Shown here one piece after another: positions 28,137 through 37,560 of a stretch of DNA of 64,000 nt. The position numbers and the translations under genes are program-made. The notes beneath the pieces were generated by a model. It did no database searches, had not been told where the DNA came from, and saw nothing but the letters and a program-made list of their open reading frames with translations. Source of the DNA: Candidatus Zhuqueibacterota bacterium (GTDB lineage: Bacteria; Zhuqueibacterota; Zhuqueibacteria; Thermofontimicrobiales; Thermofontimicrobiaceae); assembly GCA_049322915.1 (NCBI GenBank), contig JBMOPW010000001.1:105858-169857 (forward strand). The letters are read 5' to 3'. The first letter of the stretch is position 1. Every line of letters starts with the position of its first letter.

Positions 28137-28298
28137 AAAAAAGGTTGCGCCGATCAAAGATACTGTGAAAGCAATGCATTCGTCTGTGTATAGCCGGGCC
28201 TGAGCCCATCGTATCGTCGGCTAATATGTGCGACATCGGGTTATGGCCTGGTTTTTCGATTACGTAAATTGGTTGAATTAAAATTCAGGAGTACATAC

Positions 28299-29024
28299 AT
28301 GGCAAAAATTCCAAAACGCCCTGAAGACATATTTCAGGAATTCTCAAATGATGTCCGTGATGTATTTGGAGGCGATGTGGAGTCGATCATCCTGTACGGC
28401 AGCGCCGCCCGCGGTGAATATGTCTATCGGCGATCCGATATCAATTTTCTCGTGGTGTTGACTGAATCGGGGATGACTCAATTGAACAAAGCCCATGCCC
28501 TGGTTCACCGCTGGGCAAAACGCAAGGTGAGCACACCGCTGATTCTCACAAGGCGCTACATCGAATCAGCGCTGGACAGCTACCCCATTGAATTATTAAC
28601 GATGAAACAATATCATCGGCTGGTTTTTGGGAGAGACGTCCTGAACGAGATCGAGGTGGCGGCTGAGCATCTTCGGTTGCAATGCGAACGAGAGATGAGA
28701 GGAAAGCTGCTCCACATGCGCGAGCAATATCTGGAGACAAACGGAAAGCCCGTACCTATCAAAAACCTGATTCGGATAACCGTGCCGGCGTTCGTTTCCA
28801 TCTTTTCAGCGCTGCTCTTCCTGAAAGGCCAGGATAACACCGGCTCGAAACAACAAATTTTTGACAAGACAGCCGAATTGTTTGAGCTTGACAAAAACGT
28901 GTTCGACAATGTGTTATTGGTCTGGGGCAATTCCAAAAAAATGAAGCACGATGAGTTGAATTCGCTGATGCAACAATACGTCGAACAGATTCGTAAGTTG
29001 ACCAACATCGTCGACACGCTGTAG
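28299..29024 (+). CDS. Nucleotidyltransferase (Pol-beta-like) domain protein with helical C-terminus
   Basis: LYGSAARGEY....SDINFL; LRLQCEREMRGKLL. Confidence 0.8.
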   Translation: MAKIPKRPEDIFQEFSNDVRDVFGGDVESIILYGSAARGEYVYRRSDINFLVVLTESGMTQLNKAHALVHRWAKRKVSTPLILTRRYIESALDSYPIELLTMKQYHRLVFGRDVLNEIEVAAEHLRLQCEREMRGKLLHMREQYLETNGKPVPIKNLIRITVPAFVSIFSALLFLKGQDNTGSKQQIFDKTAELFELDKNVFDNVLLVWGNSKKMKHDELNSLMQQYVEQIRKLTNIVDTL

Positions 29025-29185
29025 GTGAATAAGAACGGATCGAATCGGGGTCTCCCTGGAGAGCGTAATTTCATCCGTCAAATTTTTAAGAAGTCTGAGT
29101 CATTGTTAACACGATAATTTTAATCATGCCGAGGGTGGATGCTCTCTGGCACAATTACAACATGTCTGCTATAGGAGGAACACAA

Positions 29186-29767
29186 ATGAGTAAAGGTATG
29201 ACGATATTTCTGATTATTCTGGCGGTGATCGTCGTTGGCGTTATTATGGCTGCGCTTTCAGTGAAAAATATGTATAACAGCCTCGTCGTGATGGATGAGG
29301 ATGTCAATAAAGCATGGGCTCAGGTGGAAAACGTCTTGCAGCGTCGCTATGACCTGATTCCCAATCTGGTCGAAACAGTGAAGGGATATGCCAGTCACGA
29401 AAAAGAGGTGTTGACCGAAGTGACAAAAGCCCGCGCCAGCGTTGGCGGAGCAACCACTCCCAGCGAAATGATGAAGGCAAATAATGAGCTTTCCAGCGCA
29501 TTGTCCCGGTTGCTGGTGGTTGTGGAAAGCTATCCGGATTTGAAAGCGAACGAGAATTTCATCCGCTTGCAGGATGAACTCGCTGGCACCGAAAATCGGA
29601 TTGCAGTGGAACGAAAACGTTACAACGATACAGTGGGCGTCTTCAACCAGCGCATTCGCCGCTTCCCGACAAATATCATTGCCGGCATGTTCAATTTAGT
29701 CAAGCGGGATTATTTTGAAGCGCCGGAAGCTGCCAAAGAAGCACCAAAAGTGGATTTCAGCAAGTAA
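29186..29767 (+). CDS. lemA: LemA family protein
   Basis: AWAQVENVLQRRYDLIPNLV, YPDLKAN.NF..LQDEL.GTENRI, FPTNIIA; AGGAGG RBS. Confidence 0.95.
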   Translation: MSKGMTIFLIILAVIVVGVIMAALSVKNMYNSLVVMDEDVNKAWAQVENVLQRRYDLIPNLVETVKGYASHEKEVLTEVTKARASVGGATTPSEMMKANNELSSALSRLLVVVESYPDLKANENFIRLQDELAGTENRIAVERKRYNDTVGVFNQRIRRFPTNIIAGMFNLVKRDYFEAPEAAKEAPKVDFSK

Positions 29768-29995
29768 GAATTCCTGTATAAATGATTTTCCAAGACAAAT
29801 GGATCTGGCGGATTTTTCAATCGACATCGATATTTGAAAAATCCGTCCTGATCCAATCGAGTGGTTCATGAGTCCTTTTCCCAATTCAATCTGTAAACAG
29901 AGGCGTCCGTGAAGATGAAAATAAACGGGGAAAGCGGTTGTGACCGATGAATTTCAGGACTGGTCACGGGTTTCAAATTCATTGTTGAAAATATA

Positions 29996-30862
29996 ATGAA
30001 TAAAAAAAATCTTCTCTTCATTTCCCTGATGTCTTTTCTGCTTTTTCAATGCAGCGTTCAACGGCTGGCAGTCCGCTCCATGTCTGGAATTTTGCAGGAC
30101 AATCTGACGGCTCTCTACGAAGAGACAGACCTGGTTCTTGCGGAACAGGCCATTACTTCTGATTTGAAGCTCCTCGAAGGACTGATAAAATCCGATCCGG
30201 AAAATGAACATTTGTTGTTGATGGCCTGCCAGGGATTTTCGGCCTATGCTATGGGATTTGTGGAAGATACTGATCCGGTCCGCGCTCAGCGATTGTACCT
30301 GCGCGGCAAAAACTACGGCTTGAAAATTCTCAGTAAACACAGCCGGATTCAGGACGCGCTGACAGGGCCGATTGAAAAATTCCAATCCGTGGTCACGAAA
30401 TTTTCCAAAAACGAACTCCCGGCGCTTTTCTGGACGGCCAATAGCTGGGGCAGTTACATCAATCTGAACATGGATAATCCAGGCGCGCTGGTCGATCTGC
30501 CCCGTGTTCAGCTTTTAATGAACCGCGTGATTGAATTGGATGAATCGTATTACTTCGGCTCGGCTCATTTGTTTTTCGCCACGCTTTATGCAGTGCGTCC
30601 GCCGATTTTAGGCGGCGATTTGAAGAAAGCCGCCCATCATTTCGACGTGTGTTTCAAGTATGCTGATGAAAAATTTCTATTGCCGTATGCGTATTACGCG
30701 AAATATTATTTGACGCGCCAGTTTGAGCAGGAGCAATTCCGAAACACGCTGAACAAGGTACTAGAAGCGCCGGAGGACATTTTGCCCGGCCAGCAATTGC
30801 CCAATGCCATTGCGAAACAGAAAGCGAAGCAATTGTTAGCAAGGGAAACGGAATTTTTTTAA
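29996..30862 (+). CDS. tatT: TRAP-associated TatT (T-component) lipoprotein of a TPAT system
   Basis: Lipobox LFQC, E.D..LA, YA.GFVE, A..LYLRG..YG, LDESY..G, PPILGG, N.IAK.KA. Confidence 0.82.
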   Translation: MNKKNLLFISLMSFLLFQCSVQRLAVRSMSGILQDNLTALYEETDLVLAEQAITSDLKLLEGLIKSDPENEHLLLMACQGFSAYAMGFVEDTDPVRAQRLYLRGKNYGLKILSKHSRIQDALTGPIEKFQSVVTKFSKNELPALFWTANSWGSYINLNMDNPGALVDLPRVQLLMNRVIELDESYYFGSAHLFFATLYAVRPPILGGDLKKAAHHFDVCFKYADEKFLLPYAYYAKYYLTRQFEQEQFRNTLNKVLEAPEDILPGQQLPNAIAKQKAKQLLARETEFF

Positions 30863-30912
30863 AAATGGTTGGCCTATTCGCGGTCAGAAAATGCATGGCA
30901 GAGGAGCCAGTC

Positions 30913-31836
30913 ATGCCCGAATACCCGGACATAACAATTTACATTGAACGAATGCATGCGCTTGTGATGGGACAGCCATTGCAGGACATCCGGCTGGCCA
31001 GTCCGTTTTTCCTGCGCACGTTCGATCCGCCCATCGATTCGCTGAAAGGTGCCATCCTGCGGGACATTGAACGACTGGGGAAGCGCATCATCTTCGTCTT
31101 TGACGATGAACGATTTTTGGTGCTCCACCTGATGATTGCCGGCCGCCTGAAATGGGCCGGGATCGGGATGAAAATCCCGGCCAGAATCGGTTTGGCGGCG
31201 CTGGATTTTCCCAACGGGGCGCTGCTGCTCACCGAAGCCGGCACCAAAAAACAGGCGTCGCTGTACTTCGTGAAGAACAGGTTCAATGTGGATGCCTTTG
31301 ACCGGGGCGGACTGGAAATTTTCGATGCGAGCCTGGGCCAATTCAAAGCAAGGCTGCAAAGCGAAAACCATACGCTGAAACGCTCCCTCACGGATCCGAC
31401 GCTGTTCAGCGGCATCGGCAATGCCTATTCCGACGAAATTCTGCACCGCGCCAGGCTTTCGCCCATACTGCTTACCGAAAAACTGACGGACGATCAGATC
31501 GAAAAACTGTACCTCGCAGTCAGACAAACGCTGCAGGAGTGGACCGATAAATTGCGCGCGGAAGCCGGCATCGGATTCCCGGAACATGTGACCGCGTTTC
31601 GGGAGGATATGAAAGTGCACGGCCGCTACGGCAAGCCCTGCCCGGACTGCGGCACGCCGGTGCAGCGAATTCGCTATGCCGCCAATGAAACCAATTATTG
31701 TCCGACGTGCCAGACCAATGGCATTCTATTAGCCGATCGATCGCTGTCGCGATTATTGAAAAAGGACTGGCCCAGATCCCTTGAGGAACTGGAAGAGAAG
31801 AAAAATGTGAACCAGTCCCTGCGACACCATGACTGA
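30913..31836 (+). CDS. Fpg/Nei family DNA glycosylase/AP lyase
   Basis: N-terminal PEYPD, RLGKR, HLMIAG, H2TH GIGNAYSDEIL, zinc finger CPDC...CPTCQ. Confidence 0.92.
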   Translation: MPEYPDITIYIERMHALVMGQPLQDIRLASPFFLRTFDPPIDSLKGAILRDIERLGKRIIFVFDDERFLVLHLMIAGRLKWAGIGMKIPARIGLAALDFPNGALLLTEAGTKKQASLYFVKNRFNVDAFDRGGLEIFDASLGQFKARLQSENHTLKRSLTDPTLFSGIGNAYSDEILHRARLSPILLTEKLTDDQIEKLYLAVRQTLQEWTDKLRAEAGIGFPEHVTAFREDMKVHGRYGKPCPDCGTPVQRIRYAANETNYCPTCQTNGILLADRSLSRLLKKDWPRSLEELEEKKNVNQSLRHHD

Positions 31837-31862
31837 GTCTAACCTGTAGTGTGGAGTTCTCC

Positions 31863-32870
31863 ATGAGAAGATATATCGCGTTTCTATTCGTTTTTACTTT
31901 GTTGAGTTCCCTGGCTCATGCCCAGAAATACCAGATCAAATTCGCCAGCCTCGCCCCGGATGGATCAACCTGGATGAAGGTGATGCGCGAACTGGATCAG
32001 GCCATTCGGGAGAAGACCAATAACGAAGTCGGATTCAAACTTTACCCGGGCGGCGTTGCCGGCGATGAAAAGGATGTGCTGCGGAAGATCCGGCTGGGGC
32101 AATTGCACAGCGCAGGATTCACCGGCGTTGGCCTCGGCGAAATATATCCGGCAGTGCGCATTCTGGACTCTCCGTTCCTGGGCCGCAATTACGAGGAGGT
32201 TGATTATATTGCCAATCTTTTCTATGACAAATTCGCTGCCGGATTTGAGAAGAACGGATACATCTTATTGGGCTGGGCCGACGTTGGATTTGTTTACATT
32301 TTCACCAATACCCCGGTGCATTCTCTGGACGATATGAAGCGCGTTAAAATGTGGATGTGGGAAGGCGATCCTGTTGCCGAAGCGACATTCAAAGCCATGG
32401 GCGTCAATCCAATTCCGCTTTCGGTGATCGATGTGATGATGGCTTTGCAGACCAAAATGGTCGATGGCGTGTACATTTCTCCTATGGCCATGATCGCGCT
32501 GCAATGGTTCACTCAGGTGAAATACATGATGGAAGTGCCGCTTACGAACGCGGCCGGCGCGGTGCTCATTTCGAAGCGCATGTTTGATTCCATGCCCCAA
32601 TCCTACCAGACGCTGGTGAAAGAGACGTCCCGGGGGTATTTCAAAACATTGCTGGATTTAAGCCGCAAAGAAAACATCGAGTCGATAAAGACACTGAAAG
32701 CAAACGGCATCCAGATGGTGCCTCCGCCGCCGGAGGAACAGATGAATTTCTTCTACGAAAAAGGAAGACAAGCGAGACGCCTCATGGTCGGCGCGTTGTA
32801 TCCATTGGAATTGGTCGATGATGTGGAAAAAGCGCTGGCGGACTTTCGCAGCCAGAGCAATCGGCCGTGA
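31863..32870 (+). CDS. dctP: TRAP substrate-binding protein (DctP/TatP)
   Basis: Signal peptide, KFASLAPDGSTW, YPGGVAGDE..VLRKIR.GQL. Confidence 0.92.
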   Translation: MRRYIAFLFVFTLLSSLAHAQKYQIKFASLAPDGSTWMKVMRELDQAIREKTNNEVGFKLYPGGVAGDEKDVLRKIRLGQLHSAGFTGVGLGEIYPAVRILDSPFLGRNYEEVDYIANLFYDKFAAGFEKNGYILLGWADVGFVYIFTNTPVHSLDDMKRVKMWMWEGDPVAEATFKAMGVNPIPLSVIDVMMALQTKMVDGVYISPMAMIALQWFTQVKYMMEVPLTNAAGAVLISKRMFDSMPQSYQTLVKETSRGYFKTLLDLSRKENIESIKTLKANGIQMVPPPPEEQMNFFYEKGRQARRLMVGALYPLELVDDVEKALADFRSQSNRP

Positions 32871-33049
32871 GGTTACAGACCAATTGACAGAAAATTTAAC
32901 ATGATGACAGGCGACTTGCGGACTGCCGGGATGCCAGGCGAGTTTTTGAACTGACGGTTGATTCCTGTGACGACCCCGGTTTCGGACCTGCAATGATTCA
33001 GTCAGCTTCAACACAAATTTCAGGCAAACAACTGAAACAGCGACGACAG

Positions 33050-33553
33050 ATGAAATATATCCAAATCCTCAATAGATCCTTAGCGTTCATCGAAAAGAGT
33101 TTTCTCATTTTCATTCTCACTTCTATGATTATATTGGCCTTTGTGCAGGTGTTGCTGAGGAATTTTTTCTCGACATCGTTGCTCTGGGGCGATACGCTGC
33201 TGCGGCATCTTGTCCTGTGGGTTGGATTTTTGGGGGCGTCTCTGGCGGCGAAAGAGAATAAGCATATCAGTATCGATGTGCTCTCCCGGTTATTACCGGC
33301 GATGTGGAAGCGCGTGGTCGGTGTGGCGGTCAATTTTTCCTCGGCCGTCGTTTGCTATTTCCTGATGCGCGCGGCAATGACGTTCGTTCAGTTCGAGAAA
33401 CAAGGCGGGGCCACGCTCATCCCCCATGTCCCGATCTGGTTTTTTCAGTCCATCATCATCATCGGCTTCGGTCTGTTGATGTTCCGTTTTGGCATCAATG
33501 CGGTCGAGACCATGGTTTCGGCCGGCAAATCAGCCGGGGAGGCCAGGTCATGA
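33050..33553 (+). CDS. dctQ: TRAP small permease
   Basis: QVLLRN, LVLWVGFLGASLA, HISID; 4 TM. Confidence 0.9.
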   Translation: MKYIQILNRSLAFIEKSFLIFILTSMIILAFVQVLLRNFFSTSLLWGDTLLRHLVLWVGFLGASLAAKENKHISIDVLSRLLPAMWKRVVGVAVNFSSAVVCYFLMRAAMTFVQFEKQGGATLIPHVPIWFFQSIIIIGFGLLMFRFGINAVETMVSAGKSAGEARS

Positions 33554-34827
33554 TGGCGATGATTTGGGGTGTTCTGCTCATTCTGTTGGCTCTGTTCGGC
33601 GCGCCGCTGTTTGTCATTCTCGGCGCGATTGCGCTATTGGCGTTCCATTCGCTGGGCATCGATACGTCCGCTGTCATTGTCGAACTATATCGAATCACCA
33701 GCGCGCCTACCTTGCTGGCTATCCCGTTATTCACATTTGCCGGCTATGTCCTGGCTGACAGCAACACACCCAAGCGGCTGGTGAATCTCTCGCGGGCACT
33801 GGTCGGCTGGTTGCCCGGCGGGCAGGCCATCGTGGCTCTGGTCACCTGCGCTTTTTTTACTGCATTTACCGGCGCATCCGGCGTGACCATTGTGGCGCTG
33901 GGCGGACTGCTGTATCCTATTCTTCGCAGCGAAGGCTACCCTGAAAAATTTTCACTGGGACTGCTCACCTCCTCCGGGAGCCTGGGGCTGTTGTTCCCGC
34001 CGAGCCTGCCGATTATCCTTTACGGATTCATTGCCAAAGTCAATATTGATCAATTATTTTTAGCCGGAATTCTGCCGGGCACCTTGCTAATAGTCCTGCT
34101 TTCGGTGTACAGCGTCAATCGCGGCACGGCTGCCTCCATCGTTCGAATTCCGTTTAGCTGGAAAAATCTATATCGCGCCACGCGGGACGCAATCTGGGAA
34201 ATCCCGCTGCCATTCATAATCGTCGGCGGAATTTATGCCGGCTTTTTTACAGCAACTGAAGCAGCGGCAGTCACGGCATTCTACGTTATTTTCATCGAGG
34301 TTTTCATCTATCGGGATTTGAAATTATTCAAAGACATCCCCCGAATTATGAAAGAGAGCATGCTGCTTGTGGGCGGCATCATCGTCATTCTTGGCGCGGC
34401 CATGGGATTGACCAATTATCTCATCGATGAACAGGTGCCGATGAAAATACTGGATTTCATGCAAACTTTCGTTCATAGTAAATTCATTTTCCTCATCATA
34501 TTAAATATCCTCCTGCTCATCGTCGGTTGCCTCATGGATATGTTCTCTGCAATCATCGTGGTCGTTCCGCTGATTGTCCCCATTGCCTTGCAGTACGGCG
34601 TCGACCCGGTGCATCTTGGCGTGATCTTTCTGACCAATCTGGAAATCGGCTATTCGACTCCCCCTGTGGGATTGAATCTCTTCATCTCCAGCTTTCGATT
34701 CAATAAGCCGGTCGTGCAACTGTATCTGGCCTCGCTGCCGTTCATCGCGATTCTGTTTGTTGCCCTGATGCTGATCACCTATCTGCCTGACCTCAGCCTG
34801 TGGCTGGTTCATCTATTTTCCCAATAA
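33550..34827 (+). CDS. dctM: TRAP large permease
   Basis: LLAIPLFTFAG, FTGASG, LFPPSLP, ATEAA, TPPVGLNLF; ATGA overlap with dctQ. Confidence 0.94.
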   Translation: MMAMIWGVLLILLALFGAPLFVILGAIALLAFHSLGIDTSAVIVELYRITSAPTLLAIPLFTFAGYVLADSNTPKRLVNLSRALVGWLPGGQAIVALVTCAFFTAFTGASGVTIVALGGLLYPILRSEGYPEKFSLGLLTSSGSLGLLFPPSLPIILYGFIAKVNIDQLFLAGILPGTLLIVLLSVYSVNRGTAASIVRIPFSWKNLYRATRDAIWEIPLPFIIVGGIYAGFFTATEAAAVTAFYVIFIEVFIYRDLKLFKDIPRIMKESMLLVGGIIVILGAAMGLTNYLIDEQVPMKILDFMQTFVHSKFIFLIILNILLLIVGCLMDMFSAIIVVVPLIVPIALQYGVDPVHLGVIFLTNLEIGYSTPPVGLNLFISSFRFNKPVVQLYLASLPFIAILFVALMLITYLPDLSLWLVHLFSQ

Positions 34828-35180
34828 TGCAACGCCTCTCATCCTTCTGAACTCCACTTTCACGCGCTAATTCGTAGCTGTTCTTTGTTGGGGCTTTCAC
34901 ACAGGCCTCGGCGCGAATGGCCCTGCTGCGATGTCAGCATCATTGGGATAATTCTAATCACCCGGCGCTCTTTTCCCCAATCCGCAACAGGTTCCCGGCT
35001 CCTCATGGCGATATAGTTCGAGACTATGGATATCGTTCCATAGAATCTATTTCTCACCTATGACTGCAAATCCCCAATTCACTGACAGAAAACAGAATGT
35101 CCTGCAGGGTGTGCCGTTCTTTTTCTTTTAAAATTAGCATGATACAGCGTTACAATTCTTCAGCAATGCGGTTCGTGCGA

Positions 35181-35197
35181 CAGGCATGGAATTTGTA
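35181..35197 (+). promoter_or_regulatory. Possible sigma54 promoter for the pilin gene
   Basis: AGGCATGGAATTTGTA (GG-N10-GT variant). Confidence 0.3.
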
Positions 35198-35365
35198 TTC
35201 TCCCAGTGGCGACAAATTCAGTGGAAGCATCGTCGATAATCATAAATTTTTATTTCGAATCTTAAAAGAAAACTCACGTTTATCAAGGAGGTGATGACGC
35301 TCTCAAAGTTTCTGTTGAGTAATTCATAATTCAAAAACGAAGGTAAAACGAAATGGAGGATCTAA

Positions 35366-35797
35366 ATGGGACAACAACAATTATTGCTCATCGTACTCGG
35401 AATTGTCATAGTCGGTATTGCTATCGCAGTTGGGGTGACCCAATTTAAGAGCAGTGCAGTGGAATCGAACCGGCAGAATGTCATTAGTGATTTGCTGAAC
35501 TATTCGGCCAAAGCGCAGCGATATTATAAAACGCCGACTGCGTTGGCTGGCGGCGGGCAGAATTTTAATGGATTCTTCCTCGCAGCAGTTGACACGGGCA
35601 ATGCCAATGGCAGCTATAGCGTCACTGCAACAGCGCCAAGCGGCACAGCGTACGTCGCCGGTGCGGTTACTGCGATTTCAGCGTCTGCCACGACGATTTA
35701 CATTGTCGGCTGTGGGAAAGAACAGAATGCAAGCAATTACGTCAAAGCCTATGCAACTGTTACCGCGGACAATATTACCACGACAATTTTGAACTGA
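35366..35797 (+). CDS. Putative major type IV pilin-like protein (MGQQQLLL family)
   Basis: N-terminal hydrophobic helix then amphipathic helix and beta-rich head; GGAGG RBS; first gene of the T4P locus. Confidence 0.75.
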   Translation: MGQQQLLLIVLGIVIVGIAIAVGVTQFKSSAVESNRQNVISDLLNYSAKAQRYYKTPTALAGGGQNFNGFFLAAVDTGNANGSYSVTATAPSGTAYVAGAVTAISASATTIYIVGCGKEQNASNYVKAYATVTADNITTTILN

Positions 35798-35954
35798 TGT
35801 CACCTGGAATATTGCTGCCAGGCATCTGGTAAAAAAAATGGCAAGGGGGAGGGGTAACAATATAATCCATAGTAACAATATCACAACGTAAAATCTTTGG
35901 GTTGAATCATGCTGCCGACACGCATTGTGTCTCCAGGTATCGATTGGATAAGCT

Positions 35955-36004
35955 ACCCCTGGGCTGTTCACGTAATATTTCGAATGACTGCCCCGGGGTT
36001 TTTT
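35955..36004 (+). terminator. Terminator/attenuator between pilin and assembly genes
   Basis: ACCCCTGGGC...GCCCCGGGGT followed by a T run. Confidence 0.55.
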
Positions 36005-36093
36005 ATTGAAAACCAGAAAGTAATGTCCGAGCGAATCAGGCTCGTCGTCCCTATAGCGACTGGAACTGTTCATAAAAGGATACTCATTGGCCT

Positions 36094-37497
36094 ATGTCTG
36101 AATTTCGATTTGAAGGGAATGCCGTCAGAGGCAATCGGGTGCAGGGAATTATCGCTGCGGAAAATTTTCAAACGGCGAAGAAGAAAATTCAGAAAATCGC
36201 CGAGGTGAAGAATATCCGGGTTCAACGCATCCAGAAAAAGAAAACATACATCTTCAAAATCCAGAAGAAAGATGACAGGCCCATGAGCGGCGAGCAGAAA
36301 GGTTTTACCAAAGAAGAGGTAAAGCGCGCGCTTGAAAAATTGGGCTACAAGGTGCTGAGGATTCAGCCGAAGATATTCAATTTCAAATTCAAGCCGCCGC
36401 AGACCGAGATTGTGACTTTTGTTCGCGTCAGCGCGGATCTGGTTCGGGAGAAACTGCCGTACGGCGAAGTGCTGCAACTCCTCATTTTTGATATTCAAAA
36501 TCCCACACTCAAAGAATCGCTCAAACAAATTAATAATGATCTACGACAGGGCAAAGACAGCGAAGAAGCATTTGTGCGCCAGGAAAAAGTATTGGGAAAA
36601 TTCACAGCGCGCATGCTGGGATTGGCGTCGAAGAGCGGCAATATGGCGGAGATGTACGAGAGCACGGCCAAGTTTTTGGAGCGGAACGCCGAGTTCAAAA
36701 AAAACCTGAGAGCCGCGCTCATCATGCCCATTTTCACGCTGCTGATACTGCTTGGCGCGGTGATTTTCTACGTCGCCTATATCTTTCCGGAGACCGCGAA
36801 GCTATTCCTCAAACTCGGCACCGAACTGCCGCCCATGACCAAAGCGACGTTAAAGTTCAGTGATTTTCTGGTCAATAATATGGTGGTCATTATTTTGGCC
36901 GCGATTTTAGCGGTAGCCGGGATCATCCATTACCTTCAGACGCCACACGGGAAATTTTTGCGGGACAGGGTCGTTATCAAAATCCCGGTGATAGGCGCGC
37001 TCATCCACCGGACCATCATTGAAATTTTCTGCCGCGTTTTTTATGCGCTGTACAGCGGATCTGGCGAGAATATCGACGCCATCAAACTTGCGTCCGAAGC
37101 ATGCGGTAACCGCTACGTTGAACAACAGATCAAAAATATCACAATTCCCATGATGCTCAGCAAAGGCAAGGGACTGGTGGAGTCTCTGGAGGCCAGTGGT
37201 GTTTTTACAAAGACGGCGCTGTCGCGATTTAATTCCGGCGCAGAGACAGGCACCGTGAAAAAGTCGGCGTTGCAGATTGCCAATTACTACGAAAAAGAGA
37301 CGGTGTATAAATTGAAGAATGTGGTGGATTTCATCCAAGTGGGCATTGCCATGATTATCATGATCGTCATGACTGCATTGACCCTGGTGTCTTCGGAGAC
37401 GGCAATGGTGAAACCGAAATCGCCCTACGGGGGCGTTCAGCACGTCCCGGAAACGACGGTACTGAGGCAGCCGGACAGTTGGCTGGAAACCGTCTGA
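36094..37497 (+). CDS. pilC: T4P/T2SS platform protein (PilC/GspF family)
   Basis: Two T2SSF domains, SKSGNMAE and ETGTV, LP.MTK, KIPVIG. Confidence 0.9.
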   Translation: MSEFRFEGNAVRGNRVQGIIAAENFQTAKKKIQKIAEVKNIRVQRIQKKKTYIFKIQKKDDRPMSGEQKGFTKEEVKRALEKLGYKVLRIQPKIFNFKFKPPQTEIVTFVRVSADLVREKLPYGEVLQLLIFDIQNPTLKESLKQINNDLRQGKDSEEAFVRQEKVLGKFTARMLGLASKSGNMAEMYESTAKFLERNAEFKKNLRAALIMPIFTLLILLGAVIFYVAYIFPETAKLFLKLGTELPPMTKATLKFSDFLVNNMVVIILAAILAVAGIIHYLQTPHGKFLRDRVVIKIPVIGALIHRTIIEIFCRVFYALYSGSGENIDAIKLASEACGNRYVEQQIKNITIPMMLSKGKGLVESLEASGVFTKTALSRFNSGAETGTVKKSALQIANYYEKETVYKLKNVVDFIQVGIAMIIMIVMTALTLVSSETAMVKPKSPYGGVQHVPETTVLRQPDSWLETV

Positions 37498-37560
37498 GCA
37501 TATCGGTCGGATTGAGGTTGGCTGCATTCGCAGCAATGGATAATATTTGAAGGACGCGCG

